A DNA stretch of 64,000 nt, from the IMG/VR virus record IMGVR_UViG_3300031992_000011. One strand, written 5' to 3'. This stretch comes from a virus (lineage: Duplodnaviria; Caudoviricetes). Below are positions 44,187 to 53,393 of this stretch, one piece after another. The number at the start of each line of letters is the position of its first letter. The first letter of the stretch is position 1. The translations under genes were made by a program, and so were the position numbers. The notes below the pieces were generated by a model. The model saw only the letters and a list, made by a program, of their open reading frames with translations, made no database searches and was not told where the DNA came from.

Positions 44187-44615
44187 ATGGCAACAAACAA
44201 AAAGACAAACAAGAAGACCGCGAAGGCGAAGAAAGTCAACGCCGACACCGAGTTAGCGACATCGGCCACCGTCATGACGACAAAAGCGCCCGAAACCGAG
44301 GACATCGCGGCGCAAGTGACACAGGACGACGCAAAAGATGCGATACAGGACGTCACAAAAGATGCGATAGAGGACGCCACCGAAGAAACCCCATCTGTTG
44401 AAACAGCAACTGAGGTGAACGACGACAATACCGTCGAAACCGTTGCCGCGTCTGAGACAGAAGGCGAGTCCGACGGGCAAGAAACACCGAACGATGAGGC
44501 GGAAAGAAAACCCGAACCAAAACCGGTGATGAAGAAACCAAAGAAAAAAGCACAAATAAAACTGAACGACATCTTTCGAGGAAACTACATGTTCGGTCAG
44601 ATATTCGATTACTAA
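44187..44615 (+). CDS. Low-complexity acidic/basic protein
   Basis: 142 aa, T/E/A-rich core with K-rich ends. Confidence 0.65.
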   Translation: MATNKKTNKKTAKAKKVNADTELATSATVMTTKAPETEDIAAQVTQDDAKDAIQDVTKDAIEDATEETPSVETATEVNDDNTVETVAASETEGESDGQETPNDEAERKPEPKPVMKKPKKKAQIKLNDIFRGNYMFGQIFDY

Positions 44616-44620
44616 AAACA

Positions 44621-45100
44621 ATGGCATACAGCGATGACGTATACAGCACACTGAAGAAGTGGCGGAAAGTGCTGAACGAGAGCGACAGCAAGGAAACAAC
44701 AGATGGCGTCCCATACACCATGCAGGACGAACTCATGCAGTCAATCACACAGACGGCGAAATCACAGTTCGGCGCCGACTTCTCCCAACTTAAGACACCG
44801 ATGATATATCATCCTGCGGGTAACGGGGAAAGCGAGAATGTGATACTGAGCGGTGTGGTCGGGTCGATGAATGACATGAAGTTCCACTTCAAATGGAAGG
44901 ATGACGCCGGCGGATGCTACATATGGACCAATCCGCTTATACTCTCAGAAGATACTTTAAAAATATTATCAGTAATATATGGTGTCTACAAGAACTGGAA
45001 GGAGGAACTGTCAGCGACAGAGGACGTAAAACCGATGAGTTTGAAGAACAAAGAAGTGGACGACGGGACTGTGCCGTCGATACCGAGCGGGAATTTCTGA
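44621..45100 (+). CDS. Hypothetical protein
   Basis: 159 aa ORF. Confidence 0.7.
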   Translation: MAYSDDVYSTLKKWRKVLNESDSKETTDGVPYTMQDELMQSITQTAKSQFGADFSQLKTPMIYHPAGNGESENVILSGVVGSMNDMKFHFKWKDDAGGCYIWTNPLILSEDTLKILSVIYGVYKNWKEELSATEDVKPMSLKNKEVDDGTVPSIPSGNF

Positions 45101-45195
45101 TATAGACACAAAAGAAAACCAAGGCGACGCAGTGTGAAGTATACCGCTTGCGTCGCCTGACTATTTATTGTGTAGGAAGAAACAACAGACAGCAG

Positions 45196-45408
45196 ATGAG
45201 AAGAAGACATTATGCGCGGACAAGAATGAACGAAGAACTGACACGCAGTGAAGTGCGCGGCATTGTTGACAGCTGTATAGACGACTTTCTGAAGGAGAAG
45301 GAATTCAAGAAGGCGGTCAACGAACTGGTTGCGGACTCGCTTGACACGTTCTTCCGCGAGATGTGGACCAAACGAAGCGTGTGGAAAAACGCGGTTAAGA
45401 ACAGATGA
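45196..45408 (+). CDS. Small hypothetical protein
   Basis: ATG 45196 after TATTTA motif. Confidence 0.55.
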   Translation: MRRRHYARTRMNEELTRSEVRGIVDSCIDDFLKEKEFKKAVNELVADSLDTFFREMWTKRSVWKNAVKNR

Positions 45409-45412
45409 CGGC

Positions 45413-46555
45413 ATGGACAAGGAGAGAAGGAAAATACTGCAGAATTTCGCCAACAAGAACCCGAAATTGTTCTTCGCGTTGAACAAGTGGGTGCAGGTGA
45501 AGAACAAAGACTTCGGCGTGTGGACAGCGCTGAATGTGCTTTATGACGCTTCCGGTGGCGCTGAGCAGAAACTGAAATCAATGATAGCACAACTCACGTC
45601 CGAAAACAAGGTGCGCGGGAGAAGTCAAGTTTATGCGGACAAAAACCCTGAGGGCATGGACATTGTCAACGACACCGGAACGCCGAGGGTTGTCGGATAT
45701 TCCGAGGATTTCGAGGCGAGTCCAAAGGGGCAGCCGCAGCGCAACCCGTCGATTTTCAAGAAAGGCGACCCGTCGATGCAGACAAAGGTTCAGTTCCGTA
45801 GGAAGACTGACGCAGTCGGCGACATCGGGAAGGCGGTGCGCGAACTATATCCGGAAGCAGACGCCGACACACTGTTCAGGATAATATCGGCAATCGAAAT
45901 ATACTGCAGAGACAAGAAAATGGGATACAAGCGGATATTGAAACGCCTGAAAAACGGCAAACTTGCGTTCAACGACTCAACCGGGTGCATAGAAACCAAA
46001 CTCGGGGAGTCCGTCGAAAAGCGAGTCATCATACTGTCAGAGTCAACGGCCGACGACTTGAGGATGAGCGAATACAAGTTTGTGGAAAACATGAAGGCGT
46101 TCATACGTCAACTCAAGGACGATCCGGTAAACACGCAGACGTCGCCAAGACTGAGCGCAAACGGGTTCGGACGCACCGAGGCGATAAGAAAATTAATCGA
46201 GTACGGGGTTTTGTACAAGAAAAACAGAATCTCCGACAAGGATGAAGACGGAAAGCCAAAGACGGCGACCATGAAAGTCCGTTTCGGTGTAACGGACGGC
46301 ATGACGGCAGAGAAACTGCGACGGACACTCAAGAAAATGTACATGAATGAGTTTGACGGAGCGTCAGACGAGGGAATAAACGAAGCTTGCGCAGCCGGCG
46401 GTGCGATGGGCGGACAGACAATCGGCGCCGGCGACTATCAGTTCACAGCACCGGCATTCCCGATGATGAGAAGAACGGGCGATCCTTCCCTTTCGAGAAA
46501 GTCCGGCGATATCGCCACCGGCGGAACGAAAAAGAAGAAACGTAAAAACAAGTGA
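45413..46555 (+). CDS. Hypothetical protein
   Basis: Start placed at MDKERR. Confidence 0.7.
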   Translation: MDKERRKILQNFANKNPKLFFALNKWVQVKNKDFGVWTALNVLYDASGGAEQKLKSMIAQLTSENKVRGRSQVYADKNPEGMDIVNDTGTPRVVGYSEDFEASPKGQPQRNPSIFKKGDPSMQTKVQFRRKTDAVGDIGKAVRELYPEADADTLFRIISAIEIYCRDKKMGYKRILKRLKNGKLAFNDSTGCIETKLGESVEKRVIILSESTADDLRMSEYKFVENMKAFIRQLKDDPVNTQTSPRLSANGFGRTEAIRKLIEYGVLYKKNRISDKDEDGKPKTATMKVRFGVTDGMTAEKLRRTLKKMYMNEFDGASDEGINEACAAGGAMGGQTIGAGDYQFTAPAFPMMRRTGDPSLSRKSGDIATGGTKKKKRKNK

Positions 46556-46589
46556 TTTTTGTCAAACAACAGGATAAAAACTTGGGAAG

Positions 46590-46778
46590 ATGGACGCTAT
46601 TTATGGATACAGCAGGGAATCTGTGGGCCGTACGCTTGAACGCATCGACGAATTGACAGAGATGATAAGCGAAACCGAAAGAAATGACGGTGACACGGAA
46701 CAGAGGATCAAACTGATACAAGAGAAGATGCTCCAAGTCATGAAGATACCACCTGGGGCACTGTGGAAATTAAGATAA
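46590..46778 (+). CDS. Small hypothetical protein
   Basis: 62 aa helical ORF filling the gap. Confidence 0.5.
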   Translation: MDAIYGYSRESVGRTLERIDELTEMISETERNDGDTEQRIKLIQEKMLQVMKIPPGALWKLR

Positions 46779-46791
46779 AAACATACAAACA

Positions 46792-47625
46792 ATGATACAA
46801 GAAGGAAAATATACGCTGGGCGAAATCATGTCCTTGCTCGAGGAAAGCACCAAATACCCGGTAAAGGGGGATAAGGTGGACAGGGAGGACAAGGCGAACA
46901 ACGACAAGGCCGTAAGCGATATCACCAAATCCGTCGAGAAATATGACGGCGGGCCAAGGGAACACAAACGCCCTGACAGGCAAAGCTACAAATACGACCC
47001 GAACAAGACAACGCTCGATGTCAGGTTCGACTACGATCCGGGTGACGAATACAGAGAAAGGGTGCGCTTACAGGTTGGAGGATTCAATTCAAAGGCAGAA
47101 AAGGACAGAAAGGTCCAAGAAAACGAAGAAGAACCCGTTGACCGAACAGGGAACGAAGCGTGGCTTGACGATCAGGAGGAAAAGAGCAAGAAACTCAACA
47201 CACGCCACGTGGAAATAAAGCATTCGGGATTCCAGACAAATAATCTCCCGAAATCATACGTCGAGAATGAAACAATGTTCAAAGAATCAAAGGCAATGAA
47301 ACGACTCCATTTCAAAAACACAATATTCCTGAGCGAGGAACAGATGCTCAAGAGAGTACCGGACGCGTACAAGGTCGACGGCAACAAGTTCATAATGCGT
47401 GACGCCAGCGGGACAGACTATATGGTGGAATGTAAGGTCGACGAGGACTTCGGGTACAAGCAGTTGAATGTAATCAACAAGATAAACAAACAGAGCGTAA
47501 ACGAAGAACTCGGCAGGATGAGAGACCTTTACGGGTACCGAAGCGAAGATAACCGCCGCGGCACAGAAAGCGGTGACATGTCGGAACTTCTCGAAACCGT
47601 CAGAAGGGCGAACAAGGGAAAATAA
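46792..47625 (+). CDS. Hypothetical protein
   Basis: 277 aa charged ORF. Confidence 0.7.
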   Translation: MIQEGKYTLGEIMSLLEESTKYPVKGDKVDREDKANNDKAVSDITKSVEKYDGGPREHKRPDRQSYKYDPNKTTLDVRFDYDPGDEYRERVRLQVGGFNSKAEKDRKVQENEEEPVDRTGNEAWLDDQEEKSKKLNTRHVEIKHSGFQTNNLPKSYVENETMFKESKAMKRLHFKNTIFLSEEQMLKRVPDAYKVDGNKFIMRDASGTDYMVECKVDEDFGYKQLNVINKINKQSVNEELGRMRDLYGYRSEDNRRGTESGDMSELLETVRRANKGK

Positions 47626-47643
47626 ACACAGAATGAGGGATAT

Positions 47644-48345
47644 GTGATGGAACCGGGAATCGGATGGTTGGAGCGAACCGTTAACATGATCAAAAAGTAC
47701 GGTATATGGAAGGTGATACAAGGTCTTGTGGTTGTATGCTCTTTCGTATACATAATCTACAACATAGCCAATCTTGACAAAATATTCAAGAGCGCGTTCA
47801 CTGAGAGGGCGACATTCGCCCAACAACAGCACGACAAGGCGGTCGAGTACAGGAACGAGATAAAACCGGAAATATCAAGGATACTCAAGAACGCGATTGT
47901 TCAGTCCGGTTCTGACCGCGCATTCATTGTCGAGATGCACAACGGTACGAACAACACCGCCGGATTACCGTTCATATACGGAGAGATGACGTATGAGGAG
48001 GTCAGGGAGGGATACTCACACGTGGGTGACGGTTACCTGTCAATGAACCTGTCCAGATATGATTTCCCATTATACATAGAAAAGAACAAGATGTGGTGCG
48101 GAACTTCGGAGGAACTCATCAAGGTCGACGACAAATTCGCGCACAGGGTAATGGCCGACGGGGTTACGTACATCGGCATGATAGCAATAAACGGGTATTA
48201 CAACGAACTAGGCCTTTTCGGACTGACGTATTGTGACGGACACGTCCCGCCGGAGGGTGTAGACCTTGAAAAACTGCTTATTTCTGATGTCCAGAAACTG
48301 TCGATGCTCCTTGATACGTACGATAAGGACGAAATCAAAAAGTAG
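47644..48345 (+). CDS. Putative holin (single N-terminal TM plus soluble GAF-like domain, T4 T-like topology)
   Basis: TM IQGLVVVCSFVYIIYNI; SDRAFIVEMHNG GAF-like strand. Confidence 0.45.
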   Translation: MMEPGIGWLERTVNMIKKYGIWKVIQGLVVVCSFVYIIYNIANLDKIFKSAFTERATFAQQQHDKAVEYRNEIKPEISRILKNAIVQSGSDRAFIVEMHNGTNNTAGLPFIYGEMTYEEVREGYSHVGDGYLSMNLSRYDFPLYIEKNKMWCGTSEELIKVDDKFAHRVMADGVTYIGMIAINGYYNELGLFGLTYCDGHVPPEGVDLEKLLISDVQKLSMLLDTYDKDEIKK

Positions 48346-48351
48346 AACGTT

Positions 48352-48993
48352 ATGGCACTGACGCGCAAACAAAAACTGTGGATAGATGTGGTGCAGTGGG
48401 CGCTTATTGCTGTGTTGTTGGGCATATGCTGTGTTGTTTTCATCGGAAACAAGAACCTCAAACATGAGCGGGACATTGCAAAAGAAGAGTTGTACATCAA
48501 AATCTACCAGTCGCAGACAATCGAGGAACTCAAGAAGAAGAACAAGGAACTCTACGACTCTGTGATGTCGATAAACAACGGGAAGGACGCTGAAAGCGCT
48601 TTGCAGATACGGTACAAATACAAGTACAAGACCGACACTATCACCAAGACAGAATTTGTGCTGTCAGAAGACTCAGTCTACCACTATGTAAGTGACAACG
48701 ACACGATAAAGACGGAGATCGACGTCAAGGCCAAGGATCTGGCGTGGGTAAAGTCAAACACTGAGATAAGGGACAAGTTCACAATCATCAACCGCACGGA
48801 CGGTAAAGGGAACAACGAGACAACGATAAACCATTCAGCGAACGTCGAGATTGAGAAAGTGGACGCTTGGCGGAGAAAAACATCATGGAAGGACAGAATC
48901 AGCGCAGGACCGAGCATCGGTGCCGGATACGGGGTGTTCAACAACAAGTTTGATGTGTTCATCGGTTTCAGTGTGTCATACAAAATTAACTAA
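48352..48993 (+). CDS. Membrane-anchored protein, possible spanin
   Basis: N-terminal TM, coiled coil, C-terminal amphipathic beta hairpin GPSIGAGYG..FIGFSVSY. Confidence 0.45.
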   Translation: MALTRKQKLWIDVVQWALIAVLLGICCVVFIGNKNLKHERDIAKEELYIKIYQSQTIEELKKKNKELYDSVMSINNGKDAESALQIRYKYKYKTDTITKTEFVLSEDSVYHYVSDNDTIKTEIDVKAKDLAWVKSNTEIRDKFTIINRTDGKGNNETTINHSANVEIEKVDAWRRKTSWKDRISAGPSIGAGYGVFNNKFDVFIGFSVSYKIN

Positions 48994-49042
48994 AAGAACT
49001 ATTGAGTTTTTTCGGTGCACGCCTTATCTTAAATGAAAAGGC

Positions 49043-49234
49043 GTGTTTTTTATGCTTACGAAAATCTTAGTGTTCATACTCGTCATGGCGATCATCAGGG
49101 TTGTCATGGAGACAGCAAGACTCGTGTATTGTTTTGTCGCGAGCAAGCGATTCACAAACACAAATACGGGCACAGCGCTGACGGTCTCTTCCGTGGCGTA
49201 TATCATAACGATACTATTATGCGGCGTCCAATGA
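49043..49234 (+). CDS. Small two-TM membrane protein
   Basis: 63 aa hydrophobic; stop overlaps ATG 49231. Confidence 0.55.
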   Translation: MFFMLTKILVFILVMAIIRVVMETARLVYCFVASKRFTNTNTGTALTVSSVAYIITILLCGVQ

Positions 49235-49782
49235 ACTCTCTACAGGACAAACTCGTAGAACTTTCCGAATACGCGATCGGGTTCAACGTGTATGACGGAA
49301 ACTTCCTTGTGCATGTCACATATAATGAAGGGTGGGCGGTCATCGAACCGTCGGACAGCTCGATCACGTTCATGAGGGACAAGAAGGACGGGAACACATA
49401 TTACTACTCGGCGCCGTTGACGACTGACATGTCAAAGATATTCAGCGCGATAGAGGAGACAATCAGCTACAACAAAGAACTCGAGGAAAAAGTCGTGCTG
49501 TTCAAGGAGAAAGTGGAGGAGATGCAGGAACTGTTCTCGTGCAAGAGCATAAGCGAACTCAGGAAGATGAGGTTTGACATACCTTCAACCCAACGCACGG
49601 AGAAACCAAAAAAGAAAACCGCACAAAAAAGGAAACCAAAGGTGGACGCGGCCGCAGTAAATCCCACTGTCAACAACGAAGACGGAAATGTTCCGGAAGT
49701 TCAGACTACGGGCGAGGACATCGACTCGGTGATAATGAACGCCATCAAGGAAAAGGAGGTCAGCGAAAATGCTTCTGTTTAA
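49231..49782 (+). CDS. Hypothetical protein
   Basis: Start at MNSLQDK (ATGA coupling). Confidence 0.65.
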   Translation: MNSLQDKLVELSEYAIGFNVYDGNFLVHVTYNEGWAVIEPSDSSITFMRDKKDGNTYYYSAPLTTDMSKIFSAIEETISYNKELEEKVVLFKEKVEEMQELFSCKSISELRKMRFDIPSTQRTEKPKKKTAQKRKPKVDAAAVNPTVNNEDGNVPEVQTTGEDIDSVIMNAIKEKEVSENASV

Positions 49783-50182
49783 ACTCACAGTCTACATACT
49801 GTTCGCATATGGTCTTGCCAACATGGTCGTATACGCGAACGGGCCGTTCGGCATATTCGAGAAGTGGCGAAACCTGTCCCACAGGATAAACGCCGGTTTC
49901 GGCGAACTGTTCACGTGCATGATATGCTTCTCGACATGGATAGGCATCGTGTTCAGCCTGCTGAACTCGTTCGTCGTCACAAGTGTCGCTTTCACGCCGT
50001 TCAGCGTGGTCTTCGGCGCCGGACACAATGACGTGGTGATAAAGACCTTCATGGACATGTGCGCCACAAGCGGCGCCGTGTGGCTGCTGCACAATTTTGA
50101 GGAGGCGTTCGAGAGGCACTGGGCGAACTTCAGTGAAGCCGAGGACGAAGGAGACATAAAGGCTGACATTATCGAATACTGA
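49769..50182 (+). CDS. Membrane protein, DUF1360-like
   Basis: TM segments plus GELFTCMICFSTWIG. Confidence 0.55.
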   Translation: MLLFKLTVYILFAYGLANMVVYANGPFGIFEKWRNLSHRINAGFGELFTCMICFSTWIGIVFSLLNSFVVTSVAFTPFSVVFGAGHNDVVIKTFMDMCATSGAVWLLHNFEEAFERHWANFSEAEDEGDIKADIIEY

Positions 50183-50385
50183 TGGGTATTGACGCGGAAG
50201 TCGCAAAAGAAATGGAGAAGATGAAGGTCGAGAGGACAATGCTGATGGAGGAACTGGCGCGGCACAGGGACAGCATGGCGGGAACTTTGCCTTCTGAGAT
50301 TGGCAACGGAGGGACTTTGGTTGTCAAGAAGGGGTTGTGGACAAGAATAAGGCAGAAGATATCAGCTATGTTCTGTAATGAGTGA
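50182..50385 (+). CDS. Small hypothetical protein
   Basis: Coupled ORF. Confidence 0.55.
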   Translation: MGIDAEVAKEMEKMKVERTMLMEELARHRDSMAGTLPSEIGNGGTLVVKKGLWTRIRQKISAMFCNE

Positions 50386-50617
50386 GGAAAAGAGCAACAG
50401 CGTGCTTGAACGCATCGTGAAGATAGTCGGCGCAATACGCGAGAACACCGAACAGAAGGAGACGTGCACACTCATTGTGACACTGCCAGACAAGTCGGCG
50501 CTTGCTGACATTGACCGTGAGCTCTATGTGGACTCGAACGGGACGGACGAAGGTTTCACCCCCGGCGACGAGGTGGACGTGACCATATCCGGTGTCATGA
50601 TAAAACTCAAAGTTTGA
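50378..50617 (+). CDS. Small hypothetical protein
   Basis: Coupled ORF. Confidence 0.6.
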   Translation: MSEEKSNSVLERIVKIVGAIRENTEQKETCTLIVTLPDKSALADIDRELYVDSNGTDEGFTPGDEVDVTISGVMIKLKV

Positions 50618-51512
50618 ACTGCCGTTTGATGGCGGTGCGCGTCCATCCTGTTTTTGCCTCTATGAGGTTCATCACCCAAGTCACGATGTCTCCGCCGGCC
50701 TTTCCCTGAAAGAGAACGCCCGGTTCTTTGACCTCTTCCTCGAGTTTGTCGTATAGCGCCTCACATTGTCCGGATGTCTTGCATGACACAAAGTCTATGT
50801 CCATGTCATCCTTTATGACCACAAGTTTGTTCTTGTACATCATCACCCTCTTGGACGACTCCTCGGTGGCGGAACTGATAATGTTCTCCTTAATGAATGT
50901 ATAATCCTTGCGGTCAGTGGAAGGGTTGTAACCATACACGTTGAAAGTCTCTTCGACATACCACTCGTCGCGCTTCAGAATAAGGTAATCGGAGCGGTTC
51001 GCGAAGTAGTGCTCCACAAATCTTCCGTCATCGTCCCTGAAGGAGGCGATGTTGCTTGTCCCTGACTCCTCGTCAATTTTCCTGACAAGCAGTATCTCGT
51101 AGTTCACCTTGGCAGAACGCTCACCCTGTTTCTGCCGTTTCTCGGACGTCTCGGTTATCACCGCCGGGAACTTTACGGACTCGCGGTTCTCCTTGAGCGC
51201 TTCCTCATACCTCTCATATGAAACAGACGCCCACCATGAGTGGCCGAGGTTCTTTATCTTCTTGCGGTTCTTAGTGATGATCACCATGTGCCAACCCTTT
51301 TTGTCACCCATCAAACGATGACGCTCAAGTTCGGCCTGACGCCTTTTATGGTACACCTTGTTGTTGTACTTGCGCCTTTTGCGGGCGCGCTGTTTCTCCT
51401 TTATCTCCTTCTGCCGCTGCTTCTCACGCTCTTTCTTCTTCGCCTCACGCTCTTTTGCGCGCTGTATTTTCTCCTCGCGCTCTCGCAGCAATCTCTCAAG
51501 TAACTTGGACAT
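50607..51512 (-). CDS. Hypothetical protein with highly charged N-terminal helix
   Basis: 301 aa, TATTTA upstream on minus strand. Confidence 0.7.
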   Translation of the reverse strand: MSKLLERLLREREEKIQRAKEREAKKKEREKQRQKEIKEKQRARKRRKYNNKVYHKRRQAELERHRLMGDKKGWHMVIITKNRKKIKNLGHSWWASVSYERYEEALKENRESVKFPAVITETSEKRQKQGERSAKVNYEILLVRKIDEESGTSNIASFRDDDGRFVEHYFANRSDYLILKRDEWYVEETFNVYGYNPSTDRKDYTFIKENIISSATEESSKRVMMYKNKLVVIKDDMDIDFVSCKTSGQCEALYDKLEEEVKEPGVLFQGKAGGDIVTWVMNLIEAKTGWTRTAIKRQFKL

Positions 51513-51629
51513 TATCAGTTAAAAAATGTTTATAGCAATAAATATATCTTATTGAATGTATACTATTAAACCATCATGTAGTATCTATGGGGAAAGAAAT
51601 CAAGTTAAACTTTTAACACATAATTTGAT

Positions 51630-52058
51630 ATGGCAAAATTTTTTGAACTGACCGACGAGAACATGGAGCTTGTCGAGGAATGCTTCCAAAAGACCGGACT
51701 CCACAACTACATTGAGATGAAAGCGTTCGGAGTGTCAAAGTCGAAGAAGATGATAGAGGTCGCCAAGAACGGGCCTGTCACCGAATATCTTGCGAATGTG
51801 CCCGGCAGCATCAGCGTCAAGATATACGAGGCGGCGTTTGACCGTCTTGACGCACAGACCAAGAAGATGCTTCTTGACGACGCGTTCAACGCTGTGGCGT
51901 ATGATGGCGAGAAGGACAAGATAATCATCGGAACGCCTCAGATCTGCGTCTCGGTCTCCGGACGCAGAACCTTTGGTGAGACGCTCATCAACGCTGCGGA
52001 GGCGGCCGTGATGGCTATAGAACAGATCGAAGAGGAAAAAAAGGCGGTGAAGGAATGA
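51630..52058 (+). CDS. Hypothetical protein
   Basis: 142 aa ORF. Confidence 0.7.
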   Translation: MAKFFELTDENMELVEECFQKTGLHNYIEMKAFGVSKSKKMIEVAKNGPVTEYLANVPGSISVKIYEAAFDRLDAQTKKMLLDDAFNAVAYDGEKDKIIIGTPQICVSVSGRRTFGETLINAAEAAVMAIEQIEEEKKAVKE

Positions 52059-52255
52059 GCGCGGAAAAGACTCGTGAGACCATAGAACGGATATATGAGT
52101 CCATGAGAAGAGGCGAGTCGATAGGGGATGACATGGCAAAGGTCATAGAGGAGGAAAAGAGAAGGATTGTCGATGAATACAGAAAACTTATGGAAAAACG
52201 GCAAGAAACCTCCGAAGATGCACCTGACAGCGCCAAACCTACAGTGAGAACATAG
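52055..52255 (+). CDS. Small hypothetical protein
   Basis: ATGA coupled. Confidence 0.55.
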   Translation: MSAEKTRETIERIYESMRRGESIGDDMAKVIEEEKRRIVDEYRKLMEKRQETSEDAPDSAKPTVRT

Positions 52256-52288
52256 GCCGCAACAGCGCCACACAAACAGAAAAAAAAC

Positions 52289-52322
52289 CCACCTATGATG
52301 ATGTTCATTGGGTGGTTTTTTT
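52289..52322 (+). terminator. Intrinsic terminator
   Basis: CCACCTATGA / TCATTGGGTGG plus T7. Confidence 0.7.
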
Positions 52323-52438
52323 GTCTCTTACAAAATGACATAAAACGGTAGGATTGGAACACTTGCACACATTATCTAACTATTTATAAGAAACTGTGTA
52401 AAACAGTATAACATAAAATTTACGAAAATCAATAAGGC

Positions 52439-53392
52439 ATGTATTACCCAAAAACCTACATCACCAAGACGTGGTATCAGTACAACCCGTCGGCAGAGGA
52501 AAAGGTTGTCATTGAAAAATACGGAACCGATCCAAATAGTTCCGTTCGGGCATCTGTATGCGCAGGATATGACAATGACGGAAAAATAATTGCCGACGAC
52601 GAGCTTGCAAAAATATTCCCACACATCAAGGTTGAATATTATATCAAGAGAAGGACGGCATGCACAGGAGATGAAGCAGAAGATGTGTGTGACGAGAACG
52701 GGTACAAGTTCCAATACAAGGCATCAGGCAATGACTGTTCATACTCGGACGATAAAACTGGTGCCGATAAGCGCACATCATACCTGTGGCTGGACATGAT
52801 GATCAACGACGGTGACGCTATATGCACGACAGCCGACGGTGACATTAACGGGAAAAACGTATGCTTTCAGTATAAGGGTCAAGGAGACGGTGAAATCCCT
52901 GCCGTGCCGAACAACTACTCGGACAGGTATTACATGGACATCAACGAGAAAATCATGGAAGGACTTGTCAACGGGGACACTGTCGATGACGTGCTCGCCA
53001 CACTTCCATGGTATATCCGTAGAGAAAAAGACCATGTGAAAGTCGGCGGAGAATGGAGGGAGATTATTTCTTCAGAAGTGAATAGTCCGTTGTGTAATGG
53101 TGGCGATCCGTATAGTGTAGATATATGTGATAAACTGTCGAACGTGGAACTCGCGGAGTCAGTATCTGCAGAACTAAACAGGATGGTGTATGAATACGCA
53201 AAAAATCTACACGAGACGGTCAGTCCACGAGCGGAATCGGAAGTAGCCACTACTTTTCCAATCACCGAAGAAGGGCACGTTCCTGTAACCTTTAAATGGA
53301 ACGGTACAGGTGACGTAAAAGCGTTCGAATCGACGCTGTCCCATGCGGAAGGGGAACATGGCGGAACAATAGAACAAGGCAACACACCATAA
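52439..53392 (+). CDS. Cys-rich protein, paralog A
   Basis: MYYPK.ITKTWYQYNP N-terminus shared with next gene. Confidence 0.75.
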   Translation: MYYPKTYITKTWYQYNPSAEEKVVIEKYGTDPNSSVRASVCAGYDNDGKIIADDELAKIFPHIKVEYYIKRRTACTGDEAEDVCDENGYKFQYKASGNDCSYSDDKTGADKRTSYLWLDMMINDGDAICTTADGDINGKNVCFQYKGQGDGEIPAVPNNYSDRYYMDINEKIMEGLVNGDTVDDVLATLPWYIRREKDHVKVGGEWREIISSEVNSPLCNGGDPYSVDICDKLSNVELAESVSAELNRMVYEYAKNLHETVSPRAESEVATTFPITEEGHVPVTFKWNGTGDVKAFESTLSHAEGEHGGTIEQGNTP

Positions 53393-53393
53393 A

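Noticed and set aside
49033-49230. 5' extension of ORF 49033-49782
   Set aside because: Overlaps a better hydrophobic ORF (49043-49234) whose stop is coupled to ATG 49231
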